Shown here: positions 36,446 to 45,658 of the stretch, in pieces
How the letters are laid out: every line of letters starts with the position of its first letter
Numbering within the stretch: the first letter of the stretch is position 1
DNA from: a virus
Strand: one strand, 5' to 3'
Length of the DNA: 64,000 nucleotides
Virus record (IMG/VR): IMGVR_UViG_3300043788_000078
Location: 7,382 to 71,381 of that record
Program-made: the position numbers and the translations under genes
Notes under the pieces: model-generated
Databases searched by the model: none
What the model saw: the letters and a program-made list of their open reading frames with translations, nothing else
Told to the model about the DNA's origin: nothing

Positions 36446-38616
36446 CCGGCGCTCCCTCCGTACGGCGTGTCCGGGACGGCAGATCCCGCATACGGTGTGC
36501 TGGCCGTCACGGCACCAGAATAAGGCGAGGCAGGCAGAATGACGCCTGCATACGGCGTGTTTCCGGTAATTACGGCAGAGTACGGCGTCACGGGGGCGAC
36601 CGCGCCGGACAGGAGGTCTTCCTCGATCCTGCCTCCTGAGTGCCCGGCCAGCGCTCCTGACCCGCTCAGCACCGCCGCTGCCGCCAGGGCGAGCAGGGCG
36701 GATGCCGTCAGCGACCCGCTGCCTGCCATCTGCCCGCTTCCGGGCAGAATCACCGCTCCGTCGCCGCCGATCGAGCCGGATCCGGACAGGGCCAGGGCGG
36801 CCGGGATGACCAGGAATCCGTGAGCGGCAAGGGACCCGCTGCCGGACAGCGCCGCTGTCCCCGCCTCGGCGGCCGAGGCCGCCATGCTGCCGGACCCGGA
36901 CAGCGCCGCGCTCCCGGGCAGCATCTTGTGCCCCGCTGGCGTCAGCGTGCCGGACCCCGACAGGGCGGCGGTGCCCTGGTAAGACCAGGCGGCTGACAGG
37001 CTGCCCGACCCGGACAGGGCGGCGGTGCCCCCGTACGCTGCGGACCCCGCTGCCGCCAGTGAGCCCGTGCCGGACAGCGCCGCCGCGCCGAGGCCGCCGG
37101 GCGAGGAAGTCAGCGTGCCGGACCCCGACAACGGGACGGCTCCCGCGTACGCGGCGGTGCCCGCCGCCGCCAGGGTGCCGGTGCCGGACAGGGCGGACGC
37201 GCCGGCAAGGCGTCCGGTGCCGGACAGTGACCCGGACCCGGACAGGGCAGTGGTTCCCGCGTACGATGCCGTTCCGGTGCCGGACAGCGCGCCAGTGCCG
37301 GACAGGGCGGCAGACCCGGCCAGGTACGCGCCCGCCGACAGGGTGCCCTGGCCCGCGAGTGCGGCAGTTCCCGGGAGGTTCTCGTACCCGGATGCCGAGA
37401 GCAGCCCGGTGCCGGACAGGGCAGCCGAGCCTGCGAGCGTGCCGCCTGCGGTGATCGTCCCGGTGCCGGACAGGGACGCGGCGCGGCTGCGGGTATCGGC
37501 CGGGGCAGCCGCCAGGGTGCCGGTGCCGGATATGGCCGCTGTCCCTGCTAGCACCCCGGCCGCGCCGAGTGAGCCCGTCCCGGACAGGACAGCCGCTGCC
37601 GCCAGGGTGATCCCGCCTGCCGCGCCGAGCGTGCCGGTGCCCGACAGGAACGCCGTGCCTTCCAGCACTCCCGCTCCGGACAGGGTTCCGGAGCCCGCGA
37701 GCGCCGCCGTGCGCGCCCGTGCCGTGCTCTCCTGCGCGGCCATGGTGCCGGACCCGGACAGGGCCGCCAGTCCGGTCAGTGCCCCGGACGCGGTCAGGGT
37801 GCCAGTTCCCGCCAGGGCGGCGGAGGGCAGCCACAGGGTGCCGGCGCTGGCGGACGGGGTCATGACCGGGCTCTGGATACGGCGGTAACGCCTGCGGTAC
37901 GCCCGGCCGCCCCGCTGCTGAGGCTGGTACGCGGCGGCAGCCGCAGGTCCTCCGCCCCCGGCCAGCTGGAACGCGCCGAGTATGACGGCCTCGCCGCCGG
38001 TCGCGCTCAGCGGGAACGACGCGGTCTCCGTGCCGCCGGACGAGTTCTTGTAGCAGAACGCCAGGTCGGCGATGCTGCTCGTGTTGACGCTGTTCGGGTC
38101 GGCGGTGTACCCGGACGGTGCCGTCCAGGTGATGCCGTCGCCCTGGTCGCCGTAGACCGCCGCCAGGTACTCGTTCGCGGCGGTGCTGGCGTACGCGCCC
38201 GCCACGGCCGGGTTCACGTCGACCTGCACGGCTGACGGGGTGCCGTCCGCCATGGCCGTGGTGTTCCCGGCCAGCAGGCCGGAGACCTCCTGCACGAGGA
38301 TCGTGGGAGACGCGCTGCCCGACCCGGTAGCCACCACGGTGAGCGTCGGCTTGATGCCGACGTCCCCGGCCGGGGTATCCATCGCGTACAGCACCAGGCC
38401 GGTGTTCGACCCTCCGACGGTCCCCGCCGCCGTCGCCAGCAGCGTCATGGTGTTGCTGGCCGCGTCGGCGACGCCGTTGATCGTGAATACGGACGACGCG
38501 CCCCAGGCCACGGCGGCGATCAGCTTCGTCCCGGCCGTGCAGTTGTCCGGGAGGGTCACCGACAGCGGGAACGAGAATCCGCCGGCTGAACTGGACTGGA
38601 GGACAGACCAGGCCAC
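36442..38616 (-). CDS. Fibre-like structural protein with many AALSG[TS]G[TS]L repeats
   Basis: More than 20 imperfect ~19-aa repeats after an N-terminal beta domain. Confidence 0.7.
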   Translation of the reverse strand: MAWSVLQSSSAGGFSFPLSVTLPDNCTAGTKLIAAVAWGASSVFTINGVADAASNTMTLLATAAGTVGGSNTGLVLYAMDTPAGDVGIKPTLTVVATGSGSASPTILVQEVSGLLAGNTTAMADGTPSAVQVDVNPAVAGAYASTAANEYLAAVYGDQGDGITWTAPSGYTADPNSVNTSSIADLAFCYKNSSGGTETASFPLSATGGEAVILGAFQLAGGGGPAAAAAYQPQQRGGRAYRRRYRRIQSPVMTPSASAGTLWLPSAALAGTGTLTASGALTGLAALSGSGTMAAQESTARARTAALAGSGTLSGAGVLEGTAFLSGTGTLGAAGGITLAAAAVLSGTGSLGAAGVLAGTAAISGTGTLAAAPADTRSRAASLSGTGTITAGGTLAGSAALSGTGLLSASGYENLPGTAALAGQGTLSAGAYLAGSAALSGTGALSGTGTASYAGTTALSGSGSLSGTGRLAGASALSGTGTLAAAGTAAYAGAVPLSGSGTLTSSPGGLGAAALSGTGSLAAAGSAAYGGTAALSGSGSLSAAWSYQGTAALSGSGTLTPAGHKMLPGSAALSGSGSMAASAAEAGTAALSGSGSLAAHGFLVIPAALALSGSGSIGGDGAVILPGSGQMAGSGSLTASALLALAAAAVLSGSGALAGHSGGRIEEDLLSGAVAPVTPYSAVITGNTPYAGVILPASPYSGAVTASTPYAGSAVPDTPYGGSAG

Positions 38617-38648
38617 GCCTGTCCTCCCTTCCGGCTAAGAGGGCAGGC

Positions 38649-38969
38649 TCAGGAGAGCGGGCCGATGACGACCCGCTGGCTGGCGGCGTAGACGTAGTCG
38701 CTGGCGGGCTGCGGGTACGTGCCGGGCGGCTGGCCGGTCGTGTAGATCTGGTAGAGCGCGTTGGCGTCGGCGAACGCGGCGAACAGTGCCGTGGCACTGG
38801 CCGAGTCCATGCTGATGGGCGCGGCCTCCAGGTCGGCAGCGGCATACGCCGTCAGCCACAGGTAGAACTGCTCGCAGTCGATCAGCGCGTCGCGGAGCGC
38901 GGCCAGCTTCGACTGCGCATTGTTGACTATGTACGCCTCGGTAATCCCTGCGGGGAATCCTACGGCCAT
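38649..38969 (-). CDS. Small fibre-associated protein, paralog of 7723-8022
   Basis: MAVG...LEAAP..MDSASAT...N..Y...Y.Y. Confidence 0.6.
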   Translation of the reverse strand: MAVGFPAGITEAYIVNNAQSKLAALRDALIDCEQFYLWLTAYAAADLEAAPISMDSASATALFAAFADANALYQIYTTGQPPGTYPQPASDYVYAASQRVVIGPLS

Positions 38970-38970
38970 G

Positions 38971-39555
38971 TCAGTTCTCCAGGTAGACCTTGAATTGCTT
39001 GAGCGTGGTTGTATTGCTCGCAGAACTTGCAGACCACGTGCCGAATAGCTCCAGCCAGAGGTTTATCTCATTACTGAGTCCGGTAAGCGTGCTCTGGTTC
39101 ATGAGAAGCTGCTTGGTGCCGGACGTCTGCCAGGTGTTCGTGGCTACAGTGCTGAGGTCTATCTCGCCGTCGATTTCCAGCGTCGTGCCGAGAGATCCGA
39201 CAGCCTGGCACACGATGTCATATTCCATCGTCCACAGGCACGTGATTGATGCCGTCGGGGTGACAGCAGGGGCCGTGAACAGCGTTGCCCCTCCTGTTCC
39301 GCCGATCGTTCCCGCTACCGCGTCAAGGCCGGCCGCGAAAACAAAGGTGGCCGCCGAGGTATTCGCTATCGTCCCGTTGGCCTCGAAATGAATAGACTTG
39401 CCGATAACGCTGAAATATTCGGCAGGAATCATGCAGCGCGGGATGGACGATGACGCAATGGCGGATATCGGGGCCTGTGTCGTGTACGTGTTCTTGGTGA
39501 CCGCAGACGGGAGCGAGTAGTACAGCTCCGGCTGGGTCATCGTGTAGCCGGACAC
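38971..39555 (-). CDS. Stand-alone fibre-tip-like beta protein, visibly lower GC
   Basis: IPA...G....E...TWSAS..NT resembles the tail fibre C-terminus. Confidence 0.55.
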   Translation of the reverse strand: MSGYTMTQPELYYSLPSAVTKNTYTTQAPISAIASSSIPRCMIPAEYFSVIGKSIHFEANGTIANTSAATFVFAAGLDAVAGTIGGTGGATLFTAPAVTPTASITCLWTMEYDIVCQAVGSLGTTLEIDGEIDLSTVATNTWQTSGTKQLLMNQSTLTGLSNEINLWLELFGTWSASSASNTTTLKQFKVYLEN

Positions 39556-39561
39556 GGCCGG

Positions 39562-40002
39562 CTACCAGGCGCTCGCGTTGGGGGCGATCGAGCTGGCCGC
39601 GAACTGGACGGTGTCGCCGCTGGCCGCGCCGGTGATGCTCGCGGACAGCGCGCCCTGGAGCCAGCGCAGCGGCGTGCCTGCGGAGTCCCAGATCTCGATG
39701 GCGGTGATGGCGGACCACGAGCTGCCCACCGACCACGACACGGCATTGGAGTTGCCGGTGCTGGTGGCCGTGCCCGTGCCGAACGCGGCGAACGTGGGAC
39801 TGGACCCCATCGAGTTGCCGCCGGCCGTGTACCCGGTGCCCGTGAGCTGGGTGCCGTTGCTCCCGTTGACGTTGCCGTTCCCCGACCCCTGCGCGGTCAG
39901 CAGCCGCAGCATGTACGGCGTGGTGACCGTCATGATCGACCCGCCGGCGAACGCGAAGTTCAGGAACGTGGCCGCGCGGCCCGTGTCGGTCATGTACGTC
40001 AT
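39562..40002 (-). CDS. Virion structural protein (fibre-base type)
   Basis: TGYTAGG...NAVSW...IEIWDS...GDTVQF. Confidence 0.6.
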   Translation of the reverse strand: MTYMTDTGRAATFLNFAFAGGSIMTVTTPYMLRLLTAQGSGNGNVNGSNGTQLTGTGYTAGGNSMGSSPTFAAFGTGTATSTGNSNAVSWSVGSSWSAITAIEIWDSAGTPLRWLQGALSASITGAASGDTVQFAASSIAPNASAW

Positions 40003-40217
40003 CAGGAGGCGCTCCCGATCGCGGGGACGACCACCGCGTTGGCGCTGATCGTGAGGGTACGGCAGGTCGGCCCCACGGTGGACCCGTCCGGCCCGGCGTG
40101 CGTGTGGTCGCTGCCGCAGCACCGGCAGCTCAGCGCGTCGTGGACGTTGGTTCCGTCCGTGACGACCGTGCGCTGGTGGCACGTGTCGCACTCGACCAGG
40201 TGCCCTGTCACGTTCAT
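40002..40217 (-). CDS. Small Cys/His-rich protein
   Basis: CDTC...CRCC..DH.H...CR.L.I. Confidence 0.55.
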   Translation of the reverse strand: MNVTGHLVECDTCHQRTVVTDGTNVHDALSCRCCGSDHTHAGPDGSTVGPTCRTLTISANAVVVPAIGSAS

Positions 40218-40879
40218 GCGGCCCTCCGGTATCTGCCCGCGCCGGGAACGGCGAGCATCGCAGCGCCGGGGAACGGCGGTCCCGGCCGGCAGCGGCAGTG
40301 CGGGTGCACTGCGCCCGGGTACCCGATCAGCGGCATGTGGTCAGCATAGAAGTTCTTCCCGTTCGCGGCCAGGCAATCGGCGCTCGTCCGCGCGTCGCGG
40401 ACGGTGTGCCAGCCGAGCAGGTTCCCGTAGGACATGGCGGCGCTGTCGGCCGCCGCGCCCGCCTGGCTGCGCTGCCAGATCGCCATCAGGTGCTGGGCGT
40501 AGAAACGGCGCTCGCGCTGCACGGCTGCGGCCAGGGCCTGTGACAGCGGCTGCCCGGTGCTGTGCGCGCTCGCCAGGGCCTGTGCGATGCGCCTCGCGGC
40601 TGCCACGGTGAACTGGGCGCGGCGGAGCAGGTTCGAGCGCTCCATGGCCAGGGTGGCCGCGCCGTACGCGCCGGACTGGCCGGGCGGGAACGACATGACG
40701 ATCTGGAGCGCGGCTCCCATCGCGTACCCGCCGATCCCGCCTGTCAGCAGCCCGGCCGGGATCATCGTCAGGGCGATAGCGGGGCCGGTGGCCGACAGCA
40801 GCGCGGACCCGACGGCCGTCACCAGGGCCGCGTCCTGCCCGGTCGCGGGCTGCGGAGGCGGCTGCTGCGGCGTTGTCAC
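40214..40879 (-). CDS. MuF/gp7-like minor head protein
   Basis: GW.TV.DART..DC...G...PGAVHPHCRC. Confidence 0.75.
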   Translation of the reverse strand: MTTPQQPPPQPATGQDAALVTAVGSALLSATGPAIALTMIPAGLLTGGIGGYAMGAALQIVMSFPPGQSGAYGAATLAMERSNLLRRAQFTVAAARRIAQALASAHSTGQPLSQALAAAVQRERRFYAQHLMAIWQRSQAGAAADSAAMSYGNLLGWHTVRDARTSADCLAANGKNFYADHMPLIGYPGAVHPHCRCRPGPPFPGAAMLAVPGAGRYRRAA

Positions 40880-41241
40880 GGGAGAACGTCCGAGCAGTCG
40901 CGCAGTTTGTCGGTGGCGGCAACGTACCTGAGGTACCCGTTCGCGACTCTCACAGTCGCGGGTGGCGTGCTCCTGTTGATCAGGAGCCCGATGAAGTGGT
41001 TCCAGATCTGCGTCTGCCCGCTGCGGAAGCTATTGCCGGACTGGCACGACTCCACGTCCGACTGGTGCAGCCCGTAGATGACTCCCGCCATGATCAGGGC
41101 CAGGACTACCAGGGCCGCTATCCAGCGGCGGTTAACCCGGTTGGCCCGGATCAGCTTGTTGACTTCCACGCGGGCCGCGACAACGAAATTTAGCTCCGGC
41201 TCCTCACCCTCGGTAACCGGCCTCTCGGGAATCTCGGTCAA
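40876..41241 (-). CDS. Membrane protein with one TM and paired Cys
   Basis: WIAALVVLALIMAGVIYGL, then C..GN..R...RDC. Confidence 0.55.
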   Translation of the reverse strand: MTEIPERPVTEGEEPELNFVVAARVEVNKLIRANRVNRRWIAALVVLALIMAGVIYGLHQSDVESCQSGNSFRSGQTQIWNHFIGLLINRSTPPATVRVANGYLRYVAATDKLRDCSDVLP

Positions 41242-41816
41242 CCTAACCTGCCCCCCTTGCCGCTAACCTTCTCCACGTCAAGCGTGCGGAGAAGGATCGC
41301 CGCCGCGATCTGCTCACCTGGGTACACGGGGAAGGTGAGATGCGAGACACCCGGCTCGTAGTCGCGGATTACGGCAAGGATATCGCGCAGCTCTGACTCT
41401 TGATCATGGGTGAGCCTGCCGTTCATGAACGATTCGAGCAGCGCGTCTATGTGCGCCCGGCGGGGGTCCGGGCTGTGGATGATCTTGGCTGCGTCCATGG
41501 CTACCGCTCTCCAGAAGACCTCGGTCTTGGTCTCCAGCACTGCCACGCGGTCCAGGACAGCGCCGATTCGCTTATGCAGGTCACGCAGGTCTCCGGCGAT
41601 CTGCTGCTGCTGCTCGGCCACGCGCTTCAGCTCGGCGGTCAGCTCCGAGTGCTTCAGCGTGACCTCTGACAGGGCGTCCTTGATCAGCTGCCGGATGTGC
41701 TCGTCGCCGCTGCTGGCCACCGTGGCCCTGCGACGCTCACGATACGCCAGGAAGGTCAGGATCAGGGATGCGAGGGCGACGATGACGCCGCCCGCGACCC
41801 AGGTCTCCTCGGGCAC
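41238..41816 (-). CDS. N-terminal TM plus coiled-coil protein (holin-associated type, uncertain)
   Basis: N-terminal hydrophobic helix, coiled coil, RVAVLETK. Confidence 0.55.
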   Translation of the reverse strand: MPEETWVAGGVIVALASLILTFLAYRERRRATVASSGDEHIRQLIKDALSEVTLKHSELTAELKRVAEQQQQIAGDLRDLHKRIGAVLDRVAVLETKTEVFWRAVAMDAAKIIHSPDPRRAHIDALLESFMNGRLTHDQESELRDILAVIRDYEPGVSHLTFPVYPGEQIAAAILLRTLDVEKVSGKGGRLG

Positions 41817-41825
41817 GCTGCGGGC

Positions 41826-43514
41826 CTACCTGGTCAGCTTGCCTGGTACCGGGCTCATCGGCGGCGTGTTCGGCGGCGTGGGAGGCCCCTGGGCAGGAGG
41901 TGCCGGCGGCGCTGCGGGCCGCTGCGGCACGCCGGGAGCCCGCGCGCCCGGCGCGGGAGGCGGCCGGAGCCCGCTGTTGCTGCTCCCGTTGTTGGTCGCG
42001 CCCGCCTGCTGGGCGATGCCCATCGCGGCCGATGCCATGCCGTTCAGGCCGCCGATCGCGGCAGCGGCCTCGGGCGGCATGCCCGGCGGTGCCTGCCCGG
42101 CCAGCTGCTCGGCGCGCTGGCTGGCCGTGCTCGCCAGGGCCTGGGCGACCTGGTCCTCGTTCAGGTTGAGGATGTTCGCCATGCGCTCGCAGATCAGGTC
42201 GAATACCGGGATCGGGATGTTCATCGTGGGCGCGGCGGCCAGCTGCCCGAACAGCGTCAGCAGCTGCTGGCTGTCCGAGTCGTCCATCGGGCCGAACTTC
42301 CACTGGGGGAACGCCGCGCCGGACCCGAAGTTCATGATGATCATCGGCCGGATGACGTCGTAGCTCATCGCCTCGGCGATCTCGTCGGCGATAGTGGACC
42401 GGCTCGCCATGAAGTAGCTGGACTGGTCGGCCGACATGGCGTACGAGCCGCCCTTGCTGCTGCCCGACGCCCCGCCGCTGCTGGACCGGCTGCCGGAGCT
42501 GACAAGGTTCAGGAAGCCGGCCAGGACCGACATGACCTGCCACTCCTCCAGGAACGTCAGCGCGGCGGAGAAAAACGACCCGCCGTCACCGCTGGGCTCC
42601 AGGATGTCGAACGCCTTGCCGCCCTCGGGCGGGCGCTCCATGCCGACGACGCCCGATGACTTCAGCGCCGCGATGTTGTCGGCGCGGGTGTTCGCCTCGG
42701 GCTGGTCGTTGCCGTACACGACGGTGCGCGGCAGGGCCTGGTTCTCCAGGAAGTGGTACCACAGGTAGAGCAGCTTCATCTTGGTCTGGTAGCACCAGTA
42801 CGCGATATCCATCTCCGACACGCCGGTCATCGGCTCGCGGTACTTGCCGTGCGTGTAGATGAAGCTGCGCACCCTGGGGATGTCGACGTACCCGGGCACC
42901 TTCTGCTTGCGGTCGAGCATCAGGTTGCCGCCGAACAGCCACACCTGCTGCCGGAACCCGTTGTTCTCGCCGGACCTGTCGTTGAAGCGCGCCTGGCAGG
43001 TGGCGGGCGGCCGGTACGCGATCTTGTCGTAGATGACCTTCTCGTCGCTCTCGCGGACCTTGAACGTCTTCTCGAAGAACGCCCGCCGGTACAGCTGGGC
43101 CGAGGTCACCTGGCCGATCAGCTCCTTGACCGGCGTTTTCATGCCGCCCTCGGTGTCCGGCGTCATCAGCACGGAGGTGATGAACTCGGCCTCGCCCTTG
43201 TCGCCCTTGGCCGGGTCGATCTTGACGGGAGCGCCGCGTATCGGCAGGGTGAGCGCGGCGGCCAGGGCCGCCGACACGCCGTCCCGGCTGAACATGGTCT
43301 TCATGTCCCGGCTGTTCCACTCGCCGTAGTCGAAGACGTCGCCCTCGCCGTAATAGGCGAACAGCCGCTGCCCCCAGTCGAACTGCGTGCCTATCTCCGG
43401 GCTCATCAGGCCCCTGCTCCCGCCGCTGAGCCGGCTGCTGCCGGGCGGCGCGAGATCCGGGAACTCCACGACGTTCCCGCCGCCCGGGATCCTGAAGCCC
43501 TTGCCAGTCGCCAC
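41826..43514 (-). CDS. Portal protein (DUF935/Mu gp29-like)
   Basis: After terL. GTG 43514 follows AGGAGG. VLAGFLNL...GSYAMS, NFG...P, Pro-rich tail. Confidence 0.85.
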   Translation of the reverse strand: MATGKGFRIPGGGNVVEFPDLAPPGSSRLSGGSRGLMSPEIGTQFDWGQRLFAYYGEGDVFDYGEWNSRDMKTMFSRDGVSAALAAALTLPIRGAPVKIDPAKGDKGEAEFITSVLMTPDTEGGMKTPVKELIGQVTSAQLYRRAFFEKTFKVRESDEKVIYDKIAYRPPATCQARFNDRSGENNGFRQQVWLFGGNLMLDRKQKVPGYVDIPRVRSFIYTHGKYREPMTGVSEMDIAYWCYQTKMKLLYLWYHFLENQALPRTVVYGNDQPEANTRADNIAALKSSGVVGMERPPEGGKAFDILEPSGDGGSFFSAALTFLEEWQVMSVLAGFLNLVSSGSRSSSGGASGSSKGGSYAMSADQSSYFMASRSTIADEIAEAMSYDVIRPMIIMNFGSGAAFPQWKFGPMDDSDSQQLLTLFGQLAAAPTMNIPIPVFDLICERMANILNLNEDQVAQALASTASQRAEQLAGQAPPGMPPEAAAAIGGLNGMASAAMGIAQQAGATNNGSSNSGLRPPPAPGARAPGVPQRPAAPPAPPAQGPPTPPNTPPMSPVPGKLTR

Positions 43515-43516
43515 GG

Positions 43517-43633
43517 TTACCTCCTGGTCAGCAGAGTAGCCCTTGCGCACCAGGCGTCATAGCACCGGCGGCACAGGGCGTACGGCATCAGCAGTGTTTC
43601 CCACCTGCCGCACCGGTGGCAGTAGTTCTCCAC
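43517..43633 (-). CDS. 38-aa CxxC-CxxC microprotein between terL and portal
   Basis: MENYCHRCGRWETLLMPYALCRRCYDAWCARATLLTRR. GAGGGGG RBS. Confidence 0.45.
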   Translation of the reverse strand: MENYCHRCGRWETLLMPYALCRRCYDAWCARATLLTRR

Positions 43634-43642
43634 GTCGCCCCC

Positions 43643-45340
43643 TCAGTGCCATTCGCGCACTGCGGCGCGCTGGCTCCTTTCCGGCGGCGCGTCGCCGTCC
43701 GGGATGACCGTGATGCCGTCACCGCCGAACATCGCCGCCGCGTCCCCGTCCCTCGGCGCGAACGACTCCAGGTCCGCGAACGGGTCCGCGCCGTCCAGCT
43801 GGCCGCCGTGCGCGCCGCGCAGCCGCTTCCGGGACTGCGCCTCCTGCCCCGCCCCGATGGCCTCCAGCTCGCGCGACGCCGCCCACTGCCGCACTCCCGC
43901 CGTGACCGGCTTATCGCTGAACGTGGCGTTCAGGAACGGCCAGCAGGCCCAGACCAGCGAGTCCAGGCGGTCCGGGCTGCGCTCGTCGGACGCGCCGGTG
44001 AACGTGGCCATCTGGTCTTCCAGCTCGGCCATCTTGACGATGTCACGGTGCCACTTCCTCGCGCCGGTCTCCGGATCGACGATCTGGTACGCCTGCCCGT
44101 CGTAGCAGTGCCGGACCACGCCGCGCTCGTACAGCGCGGACGCGGGCTCGGCGCGGGTGCGCTTGCTCTTGCCCGCCCAGACCTTCTCCACGCCGGGTGC
44201 CTGGCCGTCGGGGAACTTGCCCTCATCGCGCATTACCTTGATTACCTGCGAGAACACCGTCTTCAGCCACTCGCCGCCGTGGTTCTTCTCCACGATGATC
44301 CGGGCATTCCAGGTCACCGCCTCCTTGAGCACGCGGCGCGCGAACTGGGCCGGCGGCTCCTGGCCGCCCCAGTTCTTAACGATGTAGAGCCTGCCCTGGT
44401 ACATGCCCGCGATCGTGTACGCCTGCTCGTCGCTGTTCTCCATGCCGTCGGACGGGTCGACGCCGATGACGGCCTGGTGCAGGTATGCCGGGCCGCCTTC
44501 CTGGCCGACCATCGGCACCTGGATGGCGTCGAGCTGGTCGCGCGTCCACAGCGCGTTCGCGACGTCGTCGAGAAGCTCTCCCTCAAGCTCCTGGCGCTCA
44601 AGCCGGGTGCCCTTGGCCGCGCCGACCACTGACCGGTAGAACGCGCTGGACAGGTTGGCGACGTTGTCGATAGTGCGCAGCTTGCGGACGATCACGCCGC
44701 CCTCGGCGGGCTCGTTGCGAATCAGCGAGCGCACCAGGGCGCGGGCCGGCCGGCTGGCCTTCGGCGTGCCGGTCGCGATGATCACGGACACGCCCTGCCG
44801 CACGGCGTACTTCAGCGACTCGTTCCAGGTGGTGTCCCACTTGTCCCACAGCCCGATCTCGTCGCACCAGGCGGCGCGCAGGTTCCTGCCCTGGATGCGC
44901 AGGCCGCCCTCGGCCGCGCTGTCGGCGTAGATCACGGTGCCGCTGTGCAGGATCACCTGTCCGTAGGTCCGCCAGGCGCTGCGGACGGTCTTGGACTTGT
45001 GGTCCTTGATCTCGGACATCGACGTGCCGAGGGCCTTCAGGATGCCGCTCTCGCCCTCCACGCACTTGGTCCAGGCGTCCGCGTACGTCGGCGCGACGAT
45101 CGCGTACTCGCCGTCCGGCACCGGGTCGGCCAGGACCAGGTCCGCCAGTCCCTGCGCGCCGGCCCTCGTCTTGCCGCTGCCGCGCCCGCCCTGGAGGTAG
45201 AACACGCGCCAGTCGCCGGTGCGCGGCGGCAGCAGCTGCTCGGGCCGGGCCGTCTCGCGCCAGGCCAGGCGCGGGTCGCCCGGGGCCTGCCGGATTCTCT
45301 TGTCCAGCAGGTCCAGGGCGGCAGCGTCGCGCCTTCGCAC
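43643..45340 (-). CDS. terL: Terminase large subunit
   Basis: Walker A GGRGSGKT, Walker B WCDE, TGTP coupling motif, nuclease GVDPS...DRLDSL. Confidence 0.95.
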   Translation of the reverse strand: MRRRDAAALDLLDKRIRQAPGDPRLAWRETARPEQLLPPRTGDWRVFYLQGGRGSGKTRAGAQGLADLVLADPVPDGEYAIVAPTYADAWTKCVEGESGILKALGTSMSEIKDHKSKTVRSAWRTYGQVILHSGTVIYADSAAEGGLRIQGRNLRAAWCDEIGLWDKWDTTWNESLKYAVRQGVSVIIATGTPKASRPARALVRSLIRNEPAEGGVIVRKLRTIDNVANLSSAFYRSVVGAAKGTRLERQELEGELLDDVANALWTRDQLDAIQVPMVGQEGGPAYLHQAVIGVDPSDGMENSDEQAYTIAGMYQGRLYIVKNWGGQEPPAQFARRVLKEAVTWNARIIVEKNHGGEWLKTVFSQVIKVMRDEGKFPDGQAPGVEKVWAGKSKRTRAEPASALYERGVVRHCYDGQAYQIVDPETGARKWHRDIVKMAELEDQMATFTGASDERSPDRLDSLVWACWPFLNATFSDKPVTAGVRQWAASRELEAIGAGQEAQSRKRLRGAHGGQLDGADPFADLESFAPRDGDAAAMFGGDGITVIPDGDAPPERSQRAAVREWH

Positions 45341-45343
45341 CAG

Positions 45344-45658
45344 CTAGAAGCCGGTCTCCGCGTACGCCCAGGCGTCGCGGTACTTCTGCTCGTTGTCCTC
45401 CCAGGCCGGCAACGGGTCGCCGTGCGCCAGGCCGACGCCGCCGACGTGCTTCCGGTACCGCTCGTACGCGCGCTGGCCGGGCTCCTTGCCGGCTGCCTCG
45501 CTGATCAGGCGGCCGAGATGGCCCCAGAATGGCCGCAGGTGCCCGACTTCCTCCACGACATCGATAGAGACAGGGCCGTACGTGACGTGGACGGTAATGC
45601 ACTCGCCGTTCATCTTGGGGACGCCGGACTCGTCGCTGCGGTATGCGCTGAATGTCAT
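45344..45658 (-). CDS. Hypothetical protein
   Basis: Between terS and terL. AYERY...LPAWED. Confidence 0.6.
   Translation of the reverse strand: MTFSAYRSDESGVPKMNGECITVHVTYGPVSIDVVEEVGHLRPFWGHLGRLISEAAGKEPGQRAYERYRKHVGGVGLAHGDPLPAWEDNEQKYRDAWAYAETGF

Noticed and set aside
36650-37850. Regular repeats of GCCGGACAG-like sequence that might suggest a CRISPR array
   Set aside because: They are degenerate, in-frame coding repeats (AALSGTGTL) with synonymous variation. There is no constant repeat with unique spacers and no cas gene.
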